Below are positions 1-11,482 of a DNA stretch of 64,000 nt, one piece after another. Below the pieces are notes generated by a model, which had not been told where the DNA came from, did no database searches, and saw only the letters and a program-made list of their open reading frames with translations. Location of the stretch: assembly GCA_963768425.1 (NCBI GenBank), contig CAVYHV010000013.1, positions 1 to 64,000 on the forward strand. The letters run 5' to 3'. Every line of letters begins with the position of its first letter. Positions within the stretch are counted from its first letter, which is position 1. Both the position numbers and the translations under genes were made by a program. Source of the stretch: Candidatus Bathyarchaeota archaeon (GTDB lineage Archaea; Thermoproteota; Bathyarchaeia; Bathyarchaeales; Bathycorpusculaceae).

Positions 1-122
1 GCGATACTTAGCTAAACCGCTTGTAAAGCTCAGGTCCGTTCGTGAAACAACAGTGTCCGTTTTTGGAAACATTTGACTAGGCAAAAGTCATAGAAATCTC
101 TATTTCATTATCTATTATTGCT

Positions 123-1685
123 TCAGTTTCCGAAATCAATAGGTTGCACTTGCATTGTCTGCAGATTTACGACAAGAACAATATTTGATATAGGTACTAT
201 TCCGCTTTTTTCCTGATATTCAGTTTGTGCTTGCCAGCATCCAGAGTTTATCATGAGGACTCCACGATACATTTCACTTTTTAGCAGGTGAAGGTGACCT
301 GTGTGAAGAATGTCAGGCACCTTGTCTATGACCAGGCAGTCGCGTGGCATTGGGACAATCAGCGTTCGCTGCCCATAAGTTGGAGCTAAATGTCTACTCT
401 GCATAAGAACCCTCATCGCTTTGTACGCTTCATTCAATCCTATTCCTGGAACGCATGACGCTATATCAATTAAACTTCTCCCATGATACATCAACACCTC
501 AACACCGTGAATGCTGACAGTACACGGATTAGGCAGTAAATGAACCCTCTTCGACTCAAACAATTTACCCGCATACTCCCTCGAGATAGCTGGTTGCGGT
601 AACGCTTTCGGCGCAGCATCATGATCTCCGGGAATAATCAGGACTTCGATGTATTCTGGGATTCTTCTAATGTAACTTGCCAAGGCTTTATACTGCGTGA
701 ATATGTCTCGTATGGATAGTTCTTTTGCTTGGTTGGGGTAAACTCCAACACCGTCAACAATGTCGCCTGCGATTAATACATATTTTACTCTGACTTGCGA
801 TTTCCTTCATTTGTTCATTTCCATATTTCCCTTAAGCCAAAGAATGAATCGTTTGAATGCTTCTTTTTGGAATTTCGTGCTGCCAATATGAAGGTCTGAT
901 GTTAAGACAGCGTAAACTGGTTCTTGGGCTCTTTGTTGGGTTTTTCTGCCTATTTCTGGGAAAATTATATCTTCAGCTATGAAAAGGTTACTTCTTGTTT
1001 TTATCACTGCCAAGCATACTACTTGGTCCTGCAAAAGAAGGAGCGCTTTTTTGCGGACTTCTTCTGGTGCTTTTTGAGGCACTAAGACAGTTGTGCTTCC
1101 CTGCAAGTCTTCAACTGATAGTATCATTTGGTTTTTTGATTCTCTTTTTTCTGTTATCATGCAGATTATTTTGAGTTTTGTTTTTGCTGGTGATTTGAGT
1201 GCTTCTAGTATTGGTGTTGCAGCTTTAACGTCGATTCTTTGTCTTAGCAAGCGTTCAATTCGTTTAAACCTGTCCTGGAAATATTCTAGATATTCTTCAA
1301 GGGTGCCGTTGGAGCTAAGCTTGCCTGTTGAATCTTCCAGAATGTTAATGTTTGCTTTTATGTCCTTGGCGTAGGGATAAAAAGTGCTTTCAACTGTACT
1401 TATTTGCTGTGGTGCTGGTGGCTCTACGGCGTTTTGCTGTTGCTGAGGCTGTGTTTCTATGGCGGGTGCTGTTAGCTGTTGCACTAAGGTTTCTAAGAAT
1501 ACTTTGTCTATGAAGAATGGTTTTTCTTGCAAGTCTGCTATCCTTTGAAGTGCTAAGTTTATAATGCCAACTGGATCGGTTGTGTCTGAGTTTTGGCTTA
1601 AGAATTCAAAGGCTTCGCTGTTTAGTTGGTATCCTGCTGCGATTGTTGCTTCGATTGCTTTTTGTAGTTTTTCTTTTTCGCTCAT
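123..1685 (-). CDS. polB: DNA polymerase D small subunit (DP1), split by a frameshift near 800
   Basis: ORFs 807-1685 and 123-683; OB-fold region followed by phosphoesterase motifs SDLHIGS, GDIVDG (read in the gap), PGDHD, YHGRS, HTGHLH, NSGCWQ. Confidence 0.93.
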
Positions 1686-1914
1686 TTTGATCGTGTTCTT
1701 GTTAGCAAGTGGGGTGAGTGCAAGCTTATATGTTTAGGCTCTTATGCTTTTGCGTTATTTACTGTTTTTTGTTTGCAGAATAAATTTTTGATGTTTAAGG
1801 GTTCTGTTAATTTAATTGGTGAAGTATACTGGTGTTTACTGGAGCGTTGATTACGTATTAATCGTTAATTATTCAAAATCAACTTAGTTTATATAAACGA
1901 TCTATAGTTTAGAT

Positions 1915-2913
1915 ATGTTATATCTCGCTTGGGGTACCGTTATGGGTGAATTACGGAAAGTTCAACAAACACCAACCGGCACTTTTTTTGTTTGTGTGCC
2001 TAGAGCTTGGGCTCAACAGAATGGTTTAAAAAAGGGCGCTTTAGTGAGTGTGGATGTAACTAGTGATGGCAAGCTTATTGTTGATTCTGAATACAATGTT
2101 GAGCAGCAGCCGAGGATTGCTTCTTTAAATGTTGGTCCTTTCTTGGGTCGGGAGATTATTGGTCGTTATCTGCTTGGTTATGACGTGATTCGTATTGAGG
2201 CAAAGGACCGAATAGCTTATGACGTTAGAAACACGGTTAAGTCAACGGTTACTTCACTGATTGGATTAGAAATTGTTGAAGAAACGTCTTCAGCGATAGT
2301 TTTACAGTGCTTACTGGAACCATCTGGATTTTTGCCTGAAAAAATTTTGCAACGCAACTATGCTATTGTCGCTGGGATGATTCGTGACGTTGCTAACTCT
2401 TTTGTTAGTGGTGATCTGCAGTTAGCTAAAAGTGTTATAGCCAGAGATGACGAAAGTAACAGGTTATATTTTTTATTAGTTAGAATCTTGCGAACAATAA
2501 TTCAAAATCCACGCTTAAGTGAGAAGCTAAGGATCACTCCGATAGACTGTTTGGATTATCGTTTGGCTGCAAGTTTAATTGAAGGCATAGGTGACGCATG
2601 TGTTCAGGTGGCTACAAAAACCATAGCACTCGATGGAGTGAAGCTTTCTGGGGAAATGCAGAAATTACTTGTTGATTTGCAAGCTGTCTGTTTTGAAGCT
2701 CATGAGCAAGCGTTGAAATCGTTTGTAACTAAAGACATCTCTTTAGCTGAGAATGTACGCAACCTCCGAGGAAAAATGGATGCAACTTATTCAAACATTG
2801 AACGCGTCGCAAAAGATTCTTCTGTAGATTTGATGCCTCAAGTTCTGGCAGCTGTATCTTTCCTTAGGCAGATTTATGAACGCAGTGTAGACATGGCAGA
2901 CTTAGTCGTTTAA
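1915..2913 (+). CDS. AbrB-PhoU phosphate uptake regulator (start probably 1942)
   Basis: N-terminal RKVQQTPTGTFFVCVPRAW AbrB-like domain and two PhoU repeats (RDDESNRLYFL, ERSVDMAD). Confidence 0.88.
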   Translation: MLYLAWGTVMGELRKVQQTPTGTFFVCVPRAWAQQNGLKKGALVSVDVTSDGKLIVDSEYNVEQQPRIASLNVGPFLGREIIGRYLLGYDVIRIEAKDRIAYDVRNTVKSTVTSLIGLEIVEETSSAIVLQCLLEPSGFLPEKILQRNYAIVAGMIRDVANSFVSGDLQLAKSVIARDDESNRLYFLLVRILRTIIQNPRLSEKLRITPIDCLDYRLAASLIEGIGDACVQVATKTIALDGVKLSGEMQKLLVDLQAVCFEAHEQALKSFVTKDISLAENVRNLRGKMDATYSNIERVAKDSSVDLMPQVLAAVSFLRQIYERSVDMADLVV

Positions 2914-2967
2914 CTTACTTTTACTTGATCCTTCTTCGTGGTAAAGGGTTAAATTTGCTGGTTTGTA

Positions 2968-3627
2968 TTGAATTCATCAGGGATGACTGATATGTCAAGT
3001 ATTACCGATAAAGTGGCTAACGCTCTCTACTCTTCTGGATGCTTAAAGTTTGGAAGCTTTAAAATTAAGTCTGGAGCAATCAGCCCATACTATATTGACC
3101 TTGCACGTTTGCTTTCTTCACCAAAACAGATATGCTTTATAGCCGATTTGGCTGCTGAACAGGTTAGGCAGATAATGGTTTCTGACAGAATAGACAAATT
3201 GGCCTCTATTGAACTTAAAGGCGCGCTAATAGTGCCAAGTATCGCCTGCAAAGTAAACCTGCCCTGTATTGTGGTTAGGAAAGAGGAAAAAGCCTACGGT
3301 GTTACAGGCAGAATCGCAGGCGCAGATGTAGCCAAAGGCGATAACATCCTCTTCTTCGATGACGTCATAAGCGAAGGTTTATCCAAAGTTGAAGGAATCA
3401 AGCCTCTGCAAGCGCTAGGCGGTAATGTTAAGCACTTGCTGGTTGTTGTTAACCGGGAGCAAGGCGGCAAAGAAAACTTGGAAAAGCTAGGTTTTAGAGT
3501 TCATGCTTTAGCTAAAATCTCTGAGATCGCTGATTCACTGTATCTGAATAAGCATATTTCGAAAGAGCAGGCTGATGACGTATTAGATTTTGTAAAACAA
3601 TTTCAAGAAGTTAAGAATACCACCTAA
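2968..3627 (+). CDS. pyrE: Orotate phosphoribosyltransferase
   Basis: FGSFKIKSGAISPYYIDL, RKEEKAYG, PRPP-binding FFDDVISEG. Confidence 0.9.
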   Translation: MNSSGMTDMSSITDKVANALYSSGCLKFGSFKIKSGAISPYYIDLARLLSSPKQICFIADLAAEQVRQIMVSDRIDKLASIELKGALIVPSIACKVNLPCIVVRKEEKAYGVTGRIAGADVAKGDNILFFDDVISEGLSKVEGIKPLQALGGNVKHLLVVVNREQGGKENLEKLGFRVHALAKISEIADSLYLNKHISKEQADDVLDFVKQFQEVKNTT

Positions 3628-3817
3628 CTATTTCCTCTACCGTGTCACTAGAATAACCGCTTTTTATGAGTGCCTTCTTAAGGTCCTTTAGCTTGTCGCT
3701 CTCCACTCTCTATCCCCTCGTTATATCTCAATCAAGTAACCGCTTAAAATAGATATACCCTATATTTATTGGATGGCTTTCACAAGAGTATACACTTCAA
3801 GGGAAGAAACATAACAG

Positions 3818-4826
3818 ATGCAAGCCCAAAAACCAGTGGTAGAAGCTCTTCTTAGTCCGGAAGCTTACCCGGAAGACCCAGGCAAAATCGAATTAATCCA
3901 AACACACATATCATTTGTCTTCTTAACCAAAAATTTTGTTTACAAAGTCAAAAAACCCGTAAACTTTGGTTTTCTAGACTTTTCTACACTTGAAAAACGG
4001 CGGTTCTTCTGCGAAAAAGAGTTAGAGCTCAACAGCCGACTTTGCCCAGACATCTATCTTGAAGTCGTGCCCATCAACAAATCAAATATTATCAAGATAA
4101 ACGGTATCGGCGAAACAGTTGAATATGCCTTAAAGATGAAGCGCTTGCCCCAAGAAAAAATAATGACAGTGCTCCTCAAAGAGAACAAAGTGGACAATAA
4201 AACAATTGACGAGATAGCAAAAAAAATCGCGCAATTTCATTCCAAAGCACAAACAAGCACCGAAATAAAAGAGTACGGTTCCCTTAAAATCATAAAGACT
4301 AACTGGGACGAAAATTTCTCGCAAACCCAAAAATACGTCAACCAAACAATCCCGGTCGCTGAGTACCAATTTATTCAAAACAGAGTCAACAACTTCATGG
4401 AGAAGAATAGGTCGCTTTTTGAAAACAGAATAAAAAACGGCAAAATTAGAGACTGCCATGGCGATTTGCATTCAGGAAACATCTTTATTACAGACAAAAT
4501 CTGCATTTTTGATGCCATAGAATTCAACGATCGCTTCAGATACTCTGACGTAGCCTCAGATGTGGCCTTTTTAGCGATGGATCTAGATTTTCAACAGCGG
4601 CCTGATCTGTCAGCTTATTTCATAGAAAGATACATAGCTGTACTCTAAAGACCAACAATTAACAAAGCTGCTTCCATTTTACAAGTGCTATAGAGCGTAT
4701 GTACGTGGTAAAGTAATCAGCTTCAAACTTGACGACCCCAACGTTAGCAGCGAGGAAAAGATAGCCGCAACAAAAGAAGCACAAGCCTACTTCAAACTTG
4801 CCGCCGACTACGCGAAAAACCTGTAA
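3818..4826 (+). CDS. Aminoglycoside-phosphotransferase-like kinase (COG2187), frameshift near 4640
   Basis: IQTHISFVFL, YKVKKPVNFGFLDFSTLEKR, CHGDLH, FDAIEFN; continues in another frame (FYKCYRAYVRGKV) to TAA at 4826. Confidence 0.85.
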
Positions 4827-4838
4827 ACAATCATTCAA

Positions 4839-5705
4839 TTATGCGAATTGGTTAGCTACCCAATCGGGAATTTGAACTGTACCCATAATGATTGGTTTTT
4901 GGTGGCAATCGCTTCCGCCAGTCATGATTAACCCGTGTTCCTTTGCGAATGCTACATAGTGGTTTGTTGTTTCAGCCGTGTTTCTCGAGTGCCAGCATTC
5001 AACGCCGTCAATGTACGGTAACATTTTTTCTCGGATAATTTCCGTTTGCTCAACTAACGATTTAGTTAATGCAACTAGCGAGGTTCCATGCGGATCGTTA
5101 GGATGAGCCAAAACCAATTTTCCGCCCGCGCCTCTGACAAGTTTTGATGCTTCTTCCAAGTAAAGCGGGTACTTGGGGACATCACATTTTACAAGGTATT
5201 TATCGAAGGCTTCTTGTCGTGTTTTAACGATGTTCTTTTTCACTAAATAATCTGCAATGTGGGGTCTGCCAAGCACTCCGTCAACTGACTCTTCAATCTG
5301 CCTTAAATCATCCTTAGTTAATGCTGGAATGTGTTCTTTTTTAAATTCCGCATTTAGGTTGTCGAGGATTTTTGCCGCTCTTTCTTCTCGATATTTTGCC
5401 ATTGTTTCAAGCTTGCTTTCAAACGCTTTATTGTTGGCATCAAATTGGTAGCCCAAGAAATCCAGAGAAACAGCTTTGCCTTCATGGTACTTTGGGTGCA
5501 CAAAGGTTACGTTTAACTCTACTCCAGTGACATATCGAATGCCTTCTTTTTTTGCTATTGCGATGGCTTGGGTTTGGCAGCCGATAGAATCGTGATCCGT
5601 AATCGACATGAAACCAATGTTTCGGTTTTTTGCTTCCTTAAAAATTTCTTGAACAGTTAACTTTCCGTCTGAAGCGTTGGAGTGAATATGCAAGTCGATT
5701 ATCAT
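4839..5705 (-). CDS. PHP-domain phosphoesterase (TrpH/YciV-like)
   Basis: DLHIHSNASDG, ITDHD, GRPHIA, LAHP, GGSDCH. Confidence 0.9.
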   Translation of the reverse strand: MIIDLHIHSNASDGKLTVQEIFKEAKNRNIGFMSITDHDSIGCQTQAIAIAKKEGIRYVTGVELNVTFVHPKYHEGKAVSLDFLGYQFDANNKAFESKLETMAKYREERAAKILDNLNAEFKKEHIPALTKDDLRQIEESVDGVLGRPHIADYLVKKNIVKTRQEAFDKYLVKCDVPKYPLYLEEASKLVRGAGGKLVLAHPNDPHGTSLVALTKSLVEQTEIIREKMLPYIDGVECWHSRNTAETTNHYVAFAKEHGLIMTGGSDCHQKPIIMGTVQIPDWVANQFA

Positions 5706-5722
5706 TATCGAACTGTGTCCCG

Positions 5723-6328
5723 TTACCTTTTTTCCATCCCTATAACGTACCAGTCCTCAGAGTTATCATGGCAAGTGTCAACTGTTAAATGCATTATCTT
5801 AAGTGTCGGATACCTTTTCTTTAGGTCATCAATGTCAACTGGTTCAAACTTGCTCTTATTAGCAAGGTAAGCATCTACTGTTAAAGCGTTTGACTCATAC
5901 TTCTCTTTTGTACGTCTCTCAATCCTAGCAATCGACACTTCTTCAGGACAGCTTGTTTGCAGAATAACAAACGTCATGTTATGTTTCGCTGCAATTTCAG
6001 CCGCTCGCCGCCTTAAATCTTGAGTAACAAAGGTTGCATCCAAAATAATGCCGGGAACAGTTTTCTTAGCAAGATCGTCTGCTCTTCGAAAGACTTCATC
6101 ATAGACAGACAGGCGTTTATTCATGTTTCCTGCGACTTTTGCGTCAAAAACATCCTCATTCTTTAAAACTTCTAAGCGGATTAAATCGCTTCGGAGAATG
6201 GGGTACCCTTTGATTTTTGAGACTTCCTCTGAGGTTTCTGTTTTCCAAGTTCCAGGCAATCCGCATGTGATTAGTAACGTTTTGGGTCCCAAATTGGCTT
6301 TAATAAATTTGGCAAAAGGTTCCTTCAA
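5723..6328 (-). CDS. P-loop kinase (AAA_33/COG0645)
   Basis: CGLPGTWKT Walker-A variant, RSDLIR, ILDATF. Confidence 0.8.
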   Translation of the reverse strand: MKEPFAKFIKANLGPKTLLITCGLPGTWKTETSEEVSKIKGYPILRSDLIRLEVLKNEDVFDAKVAGNMNKRLSVYDEVFRRADDLAKKTVPGIILDATFVTQDLRRRAAEIAAKHNMTFVILQTSCPEEVSIARIERRTKEKYESNALTVDAYLANKSKFEPVDIDDLKKRYPTLKIMHLTVDTCHDNSEDWYVIGMEKR

Positions 6329-6485
6329 TCATACAGCCTTCTTACTGTTAGCTTTTGACGAGTTGTAATTAAACTTTTTCCAGTCCATAAACCGGTTATG
6401 TGCATTCCCTGATTTTAATGCTCTTAACTTAAAGTAAATTCTAAATAGGTAGAAGACACACTCTTCCTAAAAAGAAGGAATATTT

Positions 6486-7743
6486 ATGGAAGAATTCCAA
6501 GTTAAAGATAAAAGTTTAGCACCGCAAGGTCATTTACAGATTGAATGGGCATCACGCCATATGCCCGTACTAAACCTGATTAAAAGCAGGTTTGAAAAAG
6601 AAAAACCATTAAAAGGCTTAACTTTGGGCGCATGCCTCCACGTAACTAAAGAAACAGCCGTCCTAGTGCAAGCATTAACTGCTGGAGGCGCCAAAATCGC
6701 GTTATGCGGTTCCAACCCGCTCTCAACCCAAGATGACGTCGCCGCAGCTTTGGCAGATAAGGGTCTTCATGTTTTTGCTTGGAGAGGACAAAACACCGAA
6801 GAATACTACAAGTGCATAGACAAAGTGTTAGATTACAAGCCATCCATAACTCTAGACGACGGAGCAGACTTGGTCGGTACGCTACATAGCAAACGTCAAG
6901 CACAACTGAAAGATGTTAAAGGTGGAACAGAAGAAACCACGACAGGCGTAATCCGCCTAAGAGCAATGGAAAGAGACGGCAGCCTCAAATACCCAATCGT
7001 AGCGGTAAACGATGCGTACACAAAATACCTCTTCGATAACCGATATGGAACAGGGCAAAGCACCATGGACGGCATCCTAAGAGCCACAAACACATTGATA
7101 GCAGGCAAAAACTTTGTAGTCTTGCGGTTACGGTTGGTGCTCAAGAGGCATAGCCATGCGAGCTCAAGGCTTAGGCGCCAACGTTATAGTAACAGAAGTC
7201 CAACCTACTCGCGCGTTGGAAGCAGTAATGAACGGTTTGCGTGTTATGCCAATAGCTGAAGCAGCGGCTATAGGTGACATATTTGTAACTGCCACAGGAG
7301 ACATCAGTGTAATACGAAAAGAGCATATGCAAAAAATGAAGGACGGCGCCATAATGGCTAACAGTGGGCACTTCAACGTGGAAGTAAACATAAAAGATTT
7401 AGAATCGCTGTCAACCGCTAAAAGAACCATGCGCCCCAACCTAGAAGAGTACACACTAAAAGACGGCAGAAAACTCTACCTCTTAGCCGAAGGCAGACTA
7501 GTAAACTTGGCCGCGGCAGAAGGGCACCCATCCGAAGTCATGGACATGTCATTCGCTAACCAAGCGTTATGCTCAGAATACATAGCTAAAACAGCGAAGT
7601 TAACGCCTAAAGTCTTCACTGTTCCAAAAGAAATTGATGAAAAAGTTGCTGAGCTAAAACTGAAAACGATGGGAGTAAATATCGACGAGCTTACTGCTGA
7701 ACAGAAAAAGTACCTTTCAACCTGGGAAATGGGAACAACATAA
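6486..7743 (+). CDS. ahcY: Adenosylhomocysteinase, frameshift near 7125
   Basis: [56 protein letters not shown]. Confidence 0.96.
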
Positions 7744-7817
7744 ACGAGGGCACGCTTAAAACCATGACAAACTTTAAATTGCTTGACATAATACATGGCT
7801 ATAAAGTGGTGACTTAA

Positions 7818-8129
7818 ATGGTTAGCAAAGATCAAGGAATAGGTGGAGCAATACTTGCTGTATGCGTTATAGTCGCTATAGGCTATCGTCATTCTAGTAA
7901 GTGTTCCTCAACAATTGTTCGGATCTTAATGGGACCGACTGTCAGGCTAGATGCAGTACTGGTTCTTGTTTCCATAGCATTTATCGCTATTCTGGCGATT
8001 GGTGCATGGATAGGCTGGACAATGGCAACAACACCGCCTCCAAAACCAATTGAAGAAATAACAACCGAAATTGAAGAGAAAAAAGAAGAACCAAAAGTAG
8101 AAGAGCCAGCGCCAGTCAAAACAGGCTGA
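7818..8129 (+). CDS. Conserved small archaeal membrane protein
   Basis: Two hydrophobic segments, WIGWTMATTPPPKP motif, acidic tail. Confidence 0.65.
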   Translation: MVSKDQGIGGAILAVCVIVAIGYRHSSKCSSTIVRILMGPTVRLDAVLVLVSIAFIAILAIGAWIGWTMATTPPPKPIEEITTEIEEKKEEPKVEEPAPVKTG

Positions 8130-8256
8130 AGCACCTGCCACCGACGAAAAAACAACCAAGAAAAAGAAATAAATTAAATAATTTTTTCTATCTTCATTCT
8201 TTAATTTTTTTAATTCTAAACATCTTTCTCTCGAAAAAATGTAATGTTATTTTCAA

Positions 8257-8637
8257 TTAAGTTCTCATTTTTCTAAGCATGCATTCAACAATATCTTTGC
8301 AAATGATGCATTCATCAGGGATTTGCTGATTTTTTTCTCGTTCACTTAAGTAGCCCAGGTGATATTGGCAGGCAGATGGTTTTTCTTTGCTTCTATTTTG
8401 CTTTTCTTTAGGGAGAATTGTTTCAACTTGTGTTTTTTCTGGTTTATTACTGGCTTCTATTTGTGCTTCAGTTATTTTTGTTAAACAGAATGGGCAGGCG
8501 GCATATGTCTGTGCTGAATCCTGCTGTAAATTTAAGGTTTTAAGTGGTGTAGTGAAAGTTTTCCTACATGCAGGATTCGGGCAGGTAAACGTTCTTTTCC
8601 CTCGCTTCTCTTTAACCAACGATAAACTGATCTTCAT
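8257..8637 (-). CDS. Cys-rich zinc-binding hypothetical protein
   Basis: CPNPAC, CPFC, CQYH, CIICKDIVEC. Confidence 0.65.
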   Translation of the reverse strand: MKISLSLVKEKRGKRTFTCPNPACRKTFTTPLKTLNLQQDSAQTYAACPFCLTKITEAQIEASNKPEKTQVETILPKEKQNRSKEKPSACQYHLGYLSEREKNQQIPDECIICKDIVECMLRKMRT

Positions 8638-8692
8638 TATGAATGGTGCTTACTGGCTTATAGTGTTAATGAATCTGAAATAAAGATGCTAA

Positions 8693-9910
8693 CTATTCGA
8701 CATTGCACGTTTGGGCTGGGGAAGCAAGCTTCTTTAAGTCATCAGCGCCTTCAGCGTATCCTGAAGCAACTAATACGTCGCCAACTTCGATTTTTGAGTC
8801 TGCTCTAGGACGCAAACATTTCTCTCCTCTTTTAATCACTAAAACCCACATGCCTGTTTCCTCATGAACACGTGCTTCTTTTAGTGTCTTGTTTACAAGC
8901 GGAGAATCCGCAGTAACACAAGCTTGAGCAACTGTTTCCTCAGCTTCTTTAATTGTCAGCTTCAAAATTGGGTGCGGTTCAATACCTCTTAGAACAACCT
9001 CAGCCATATCTGCAGCGGCATCAGCGATTTTTTCTGTTGCTACACCTAACCGAATTAAACCTAGAAAACCTGATGCTTCTTCTTTTTTGAAGTCGCTGGT
9101 TAAAGCAAGCAATTCAAAATCAGTGTGCAATTGGTCCATGCGTTCTTCAAGGCGCTCGACTTCTTCAGCTAGTTCCTTACTGTTTAGCAAAAGGGAAGAA
9201 TAAGCTAAATCCAACATTAATTCAGAAGTGTCTTTGAGTTCCACGAATCTTGAAACGATTTCCTCGAATTTAGCGCGTTCTTCAACGTTTAATTTTGCAA
9301 GTTCGCCCTCGGCTAAATCTTTAAACTCTTCAATGCCTGAGTGCGCTCCACGAGTAATTAGAATGTCCCCTTGGAATACTCTCTCTGTCTTCTTGGGGTT
9401 GAGTATCCAGTCATTATTTCGGCGGATGGCAATAATATCAACGCCCATTCTTGCAGCCAAATCAAGTTCATCTATCCTTTTCTTAACAATCGCTGAATTA
9501 GCTTTAACAGTAACTTTCATTAAGCGTTCTTCTACTTTTTCAAAGATTTCACCAACTATGGGGTGAATGCCAATATTGCGGGTTACTATGGCTGCTATGT
9601 CGGCGGCAGCATCTGAAATTTTATCTGTGGAAGAAGCAACTCTGGAAATACCAACCATTGCTTCTGCGTCTTTTGGGTCTCTTGAAGCAACCATTATTTC
9701 CATTTCTAAAAGGTACGCCAACGTATCTACTCGGCTTTCAAGCGCAAGAACGTCTTCAGCAAGGTCTTTATCATTATATAAAGCCGCGGAATAGGCTAAA
9801 TCAATCATTAGTTCAGATAGATTTTTCATTTCGAGCAAAAGTTCTCTAACTGGGATAGGTTTGTATTCTATTTTTTCAAATTTAGGCATATCCTTGAGGT
9901 CGCTTCCCAC
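8693..9910 (-). CDS. Duplicated PhoU + TrkA-C (RCK_C) regulatory protein
   Basis: Two repeats of MKxxSELMxDLAYSxxL plus IIAIRR...GDILI RCK_C domain. Confidence 0.85.
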   Translation of the reverse strand: MGSDLKDMPKFEKIEYKPIPVRELLLEMKNLSELMIDLAYSAALYNDKDLAEDVLALESRVDTLAYLLEMEIMVASRDPKDAEAMVGISRVASSTDKISDAAADIAAIVTRNIGIHPIVGEIFEKVEERLMKVTVKANSAIVKKRIDELDLAARMGVDIIAIRRNNDWILNPKKTERVFQGDILITRGAHSGIEEFKDLAEGELAKLNVEERAKFEEIVSRFVELKDTSELMLDLAYSSLLLNSKELAEEVERLEERMDQLHTDFELLALTSDFKKEEASGFLGLIRLGVATEKIADAAADMAEVVLRGIEPHPILKLTIKEAEETVAQACVTADSPLVNKTLKEARVHEETGMWVLVIKRGEKCLRPRADSKIEVGDVLVASGYAEGADDLKKLASPAQTCNVE

Positions 9911-9949
9911 AATAAAATGTGCTCTGAATTATTTTAATCATGCTCCTAG

Positions 9950-11114
9950 CTACACGATTAGAAATAAAGCTACCAGCAAAGCTGTTGAGGTTATTATGGT
10001 TGCAAATGAGGTTTCAATTGGGATAACAAAATTTTCAGGGTTTAAGCCTCTTCTGAATGTTACTATTGAGATCCCGTAAGATAAAATCACTATGCCGATG
10101 ACAGCTATTATATTAGATAACCAAATTATGACCATAAAATTAAGTACGCTTGAAAGTAGAAACACACGGTTAATTGCTAAAGATATGAGCGCTAAAACGG
10201 TGAAAATTAAAAGTGAGGCTGCCCAAGCACTACTAATATTTTTAGCATGATTTTTTATTGAGGAGAAAGAGGGCTTAAGTAAACCTAAAGCAAGTTTAGT
10301 GTTAGCGGTGGAGCCTACAACTGAGCCTACATTACTTACCATATTAATTAAGGCTGGATAAATCGTGTAAATTTCTTTTCGGTTTTCTGCAAAGCTACTT
10401 ATTCCTTTGAAAATGGTTCCAGTTAGGGTTACCATTAAGGCTACAAACATCAGCATAATCAGTGATTCCCTTATGGTTTTTAGAAATTCAGGTTCTTGCT
10501 TGTCCTTTGCTATCAAATATAGAACGAGAAATACATGTGTAAAGCCGATTGCAAGAATTGCTAATCTGCCAAGATAGGGTAAAAAGAAAAATAAGTTTAA
10601 CACTCCAACGTAACAGAGCGTTATGAAAATGCTGGCTGCCGTGGATATTATTGGATAAACTACGATGTCTGGGTCTAATCCTCGTTTGAAACGAGATAAA
10701 GGCAAGTTTAATGGTTACTAAGGAAAAAATCAGACCTATTGCTAATGTTGAAACCATTACTGATACTATGGCTGAGAAATCAGCTAAAGTTATGCCCCAA
10801 AGCAAGTAACCGAAAAAAAGAGAAATTACGCTAACCGTTAAGCTTGTTACTAAAGTTAATACGATTATGGCATGCATTAATTTATGGAAGCTTTTTGTGT
10901 TTCCAGAAAATTGCGGATGAATCGTGCCAAGATGCAAAGCAGTGCTTAAACGGCCGCTAAGTAAACCGTTAATCACTCTTGTACTTATGAGTGTTGGATA
11001 AAGAGCCAAAGCCCAAGGTGAGAGCCTGAAAACATTAAGCTGGTAAGCAATCAGAAAACCAGCAAGCAATCCAGCTATGTCAAACAAGTAAGCTAATGTG
11101 GTTTCCTTGAACAT
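9950..11114 (-). CDS. MgtE-family divalent cation transporter, frameshift near 10695
   Basis: Two MgtE repeats: GRLSTALHLG ... RGLDPD; STANTKLALG ... RGLNPEN. Confidence 0.82.
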
Positions 11115-11482
11115 TCCCCAGAAACTTTTTGAAAGGCTACCATTTGAAATTCAAATTGCCCCCTTAACTTTCAGAAAAGGGGAAATTGTATTTTCTAATA
11201 AATCTCGGAAAATTATTGGTTATGGTTTGATTGGAATTAAAATGCCTTTTTGCTATATTTATCGAAGCTGTTGCAATAAGGGCACTATTTCGTATTTGTT
11301 AATTTGTGGACTCTTTTCATATTTCTGTCGCCATCACGATTTTTTGGTTGGCGGTCCACAGTTTACCCATTCCTGTGTTTGCGGGCTGCCAAAGCCATTT
11401 TAACTGCCGATTAAAGTTTTTGAAAGACGATCATGTCTTAAATAGTTTCTGTCGCAACAATTTTTAGCTAAGCGGTTTTCTG

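Noticed and set aside
1686-1914. Replication origin beside DP1
   Set aside because: No convincing ORB repeats and no cdc6 gene in the window
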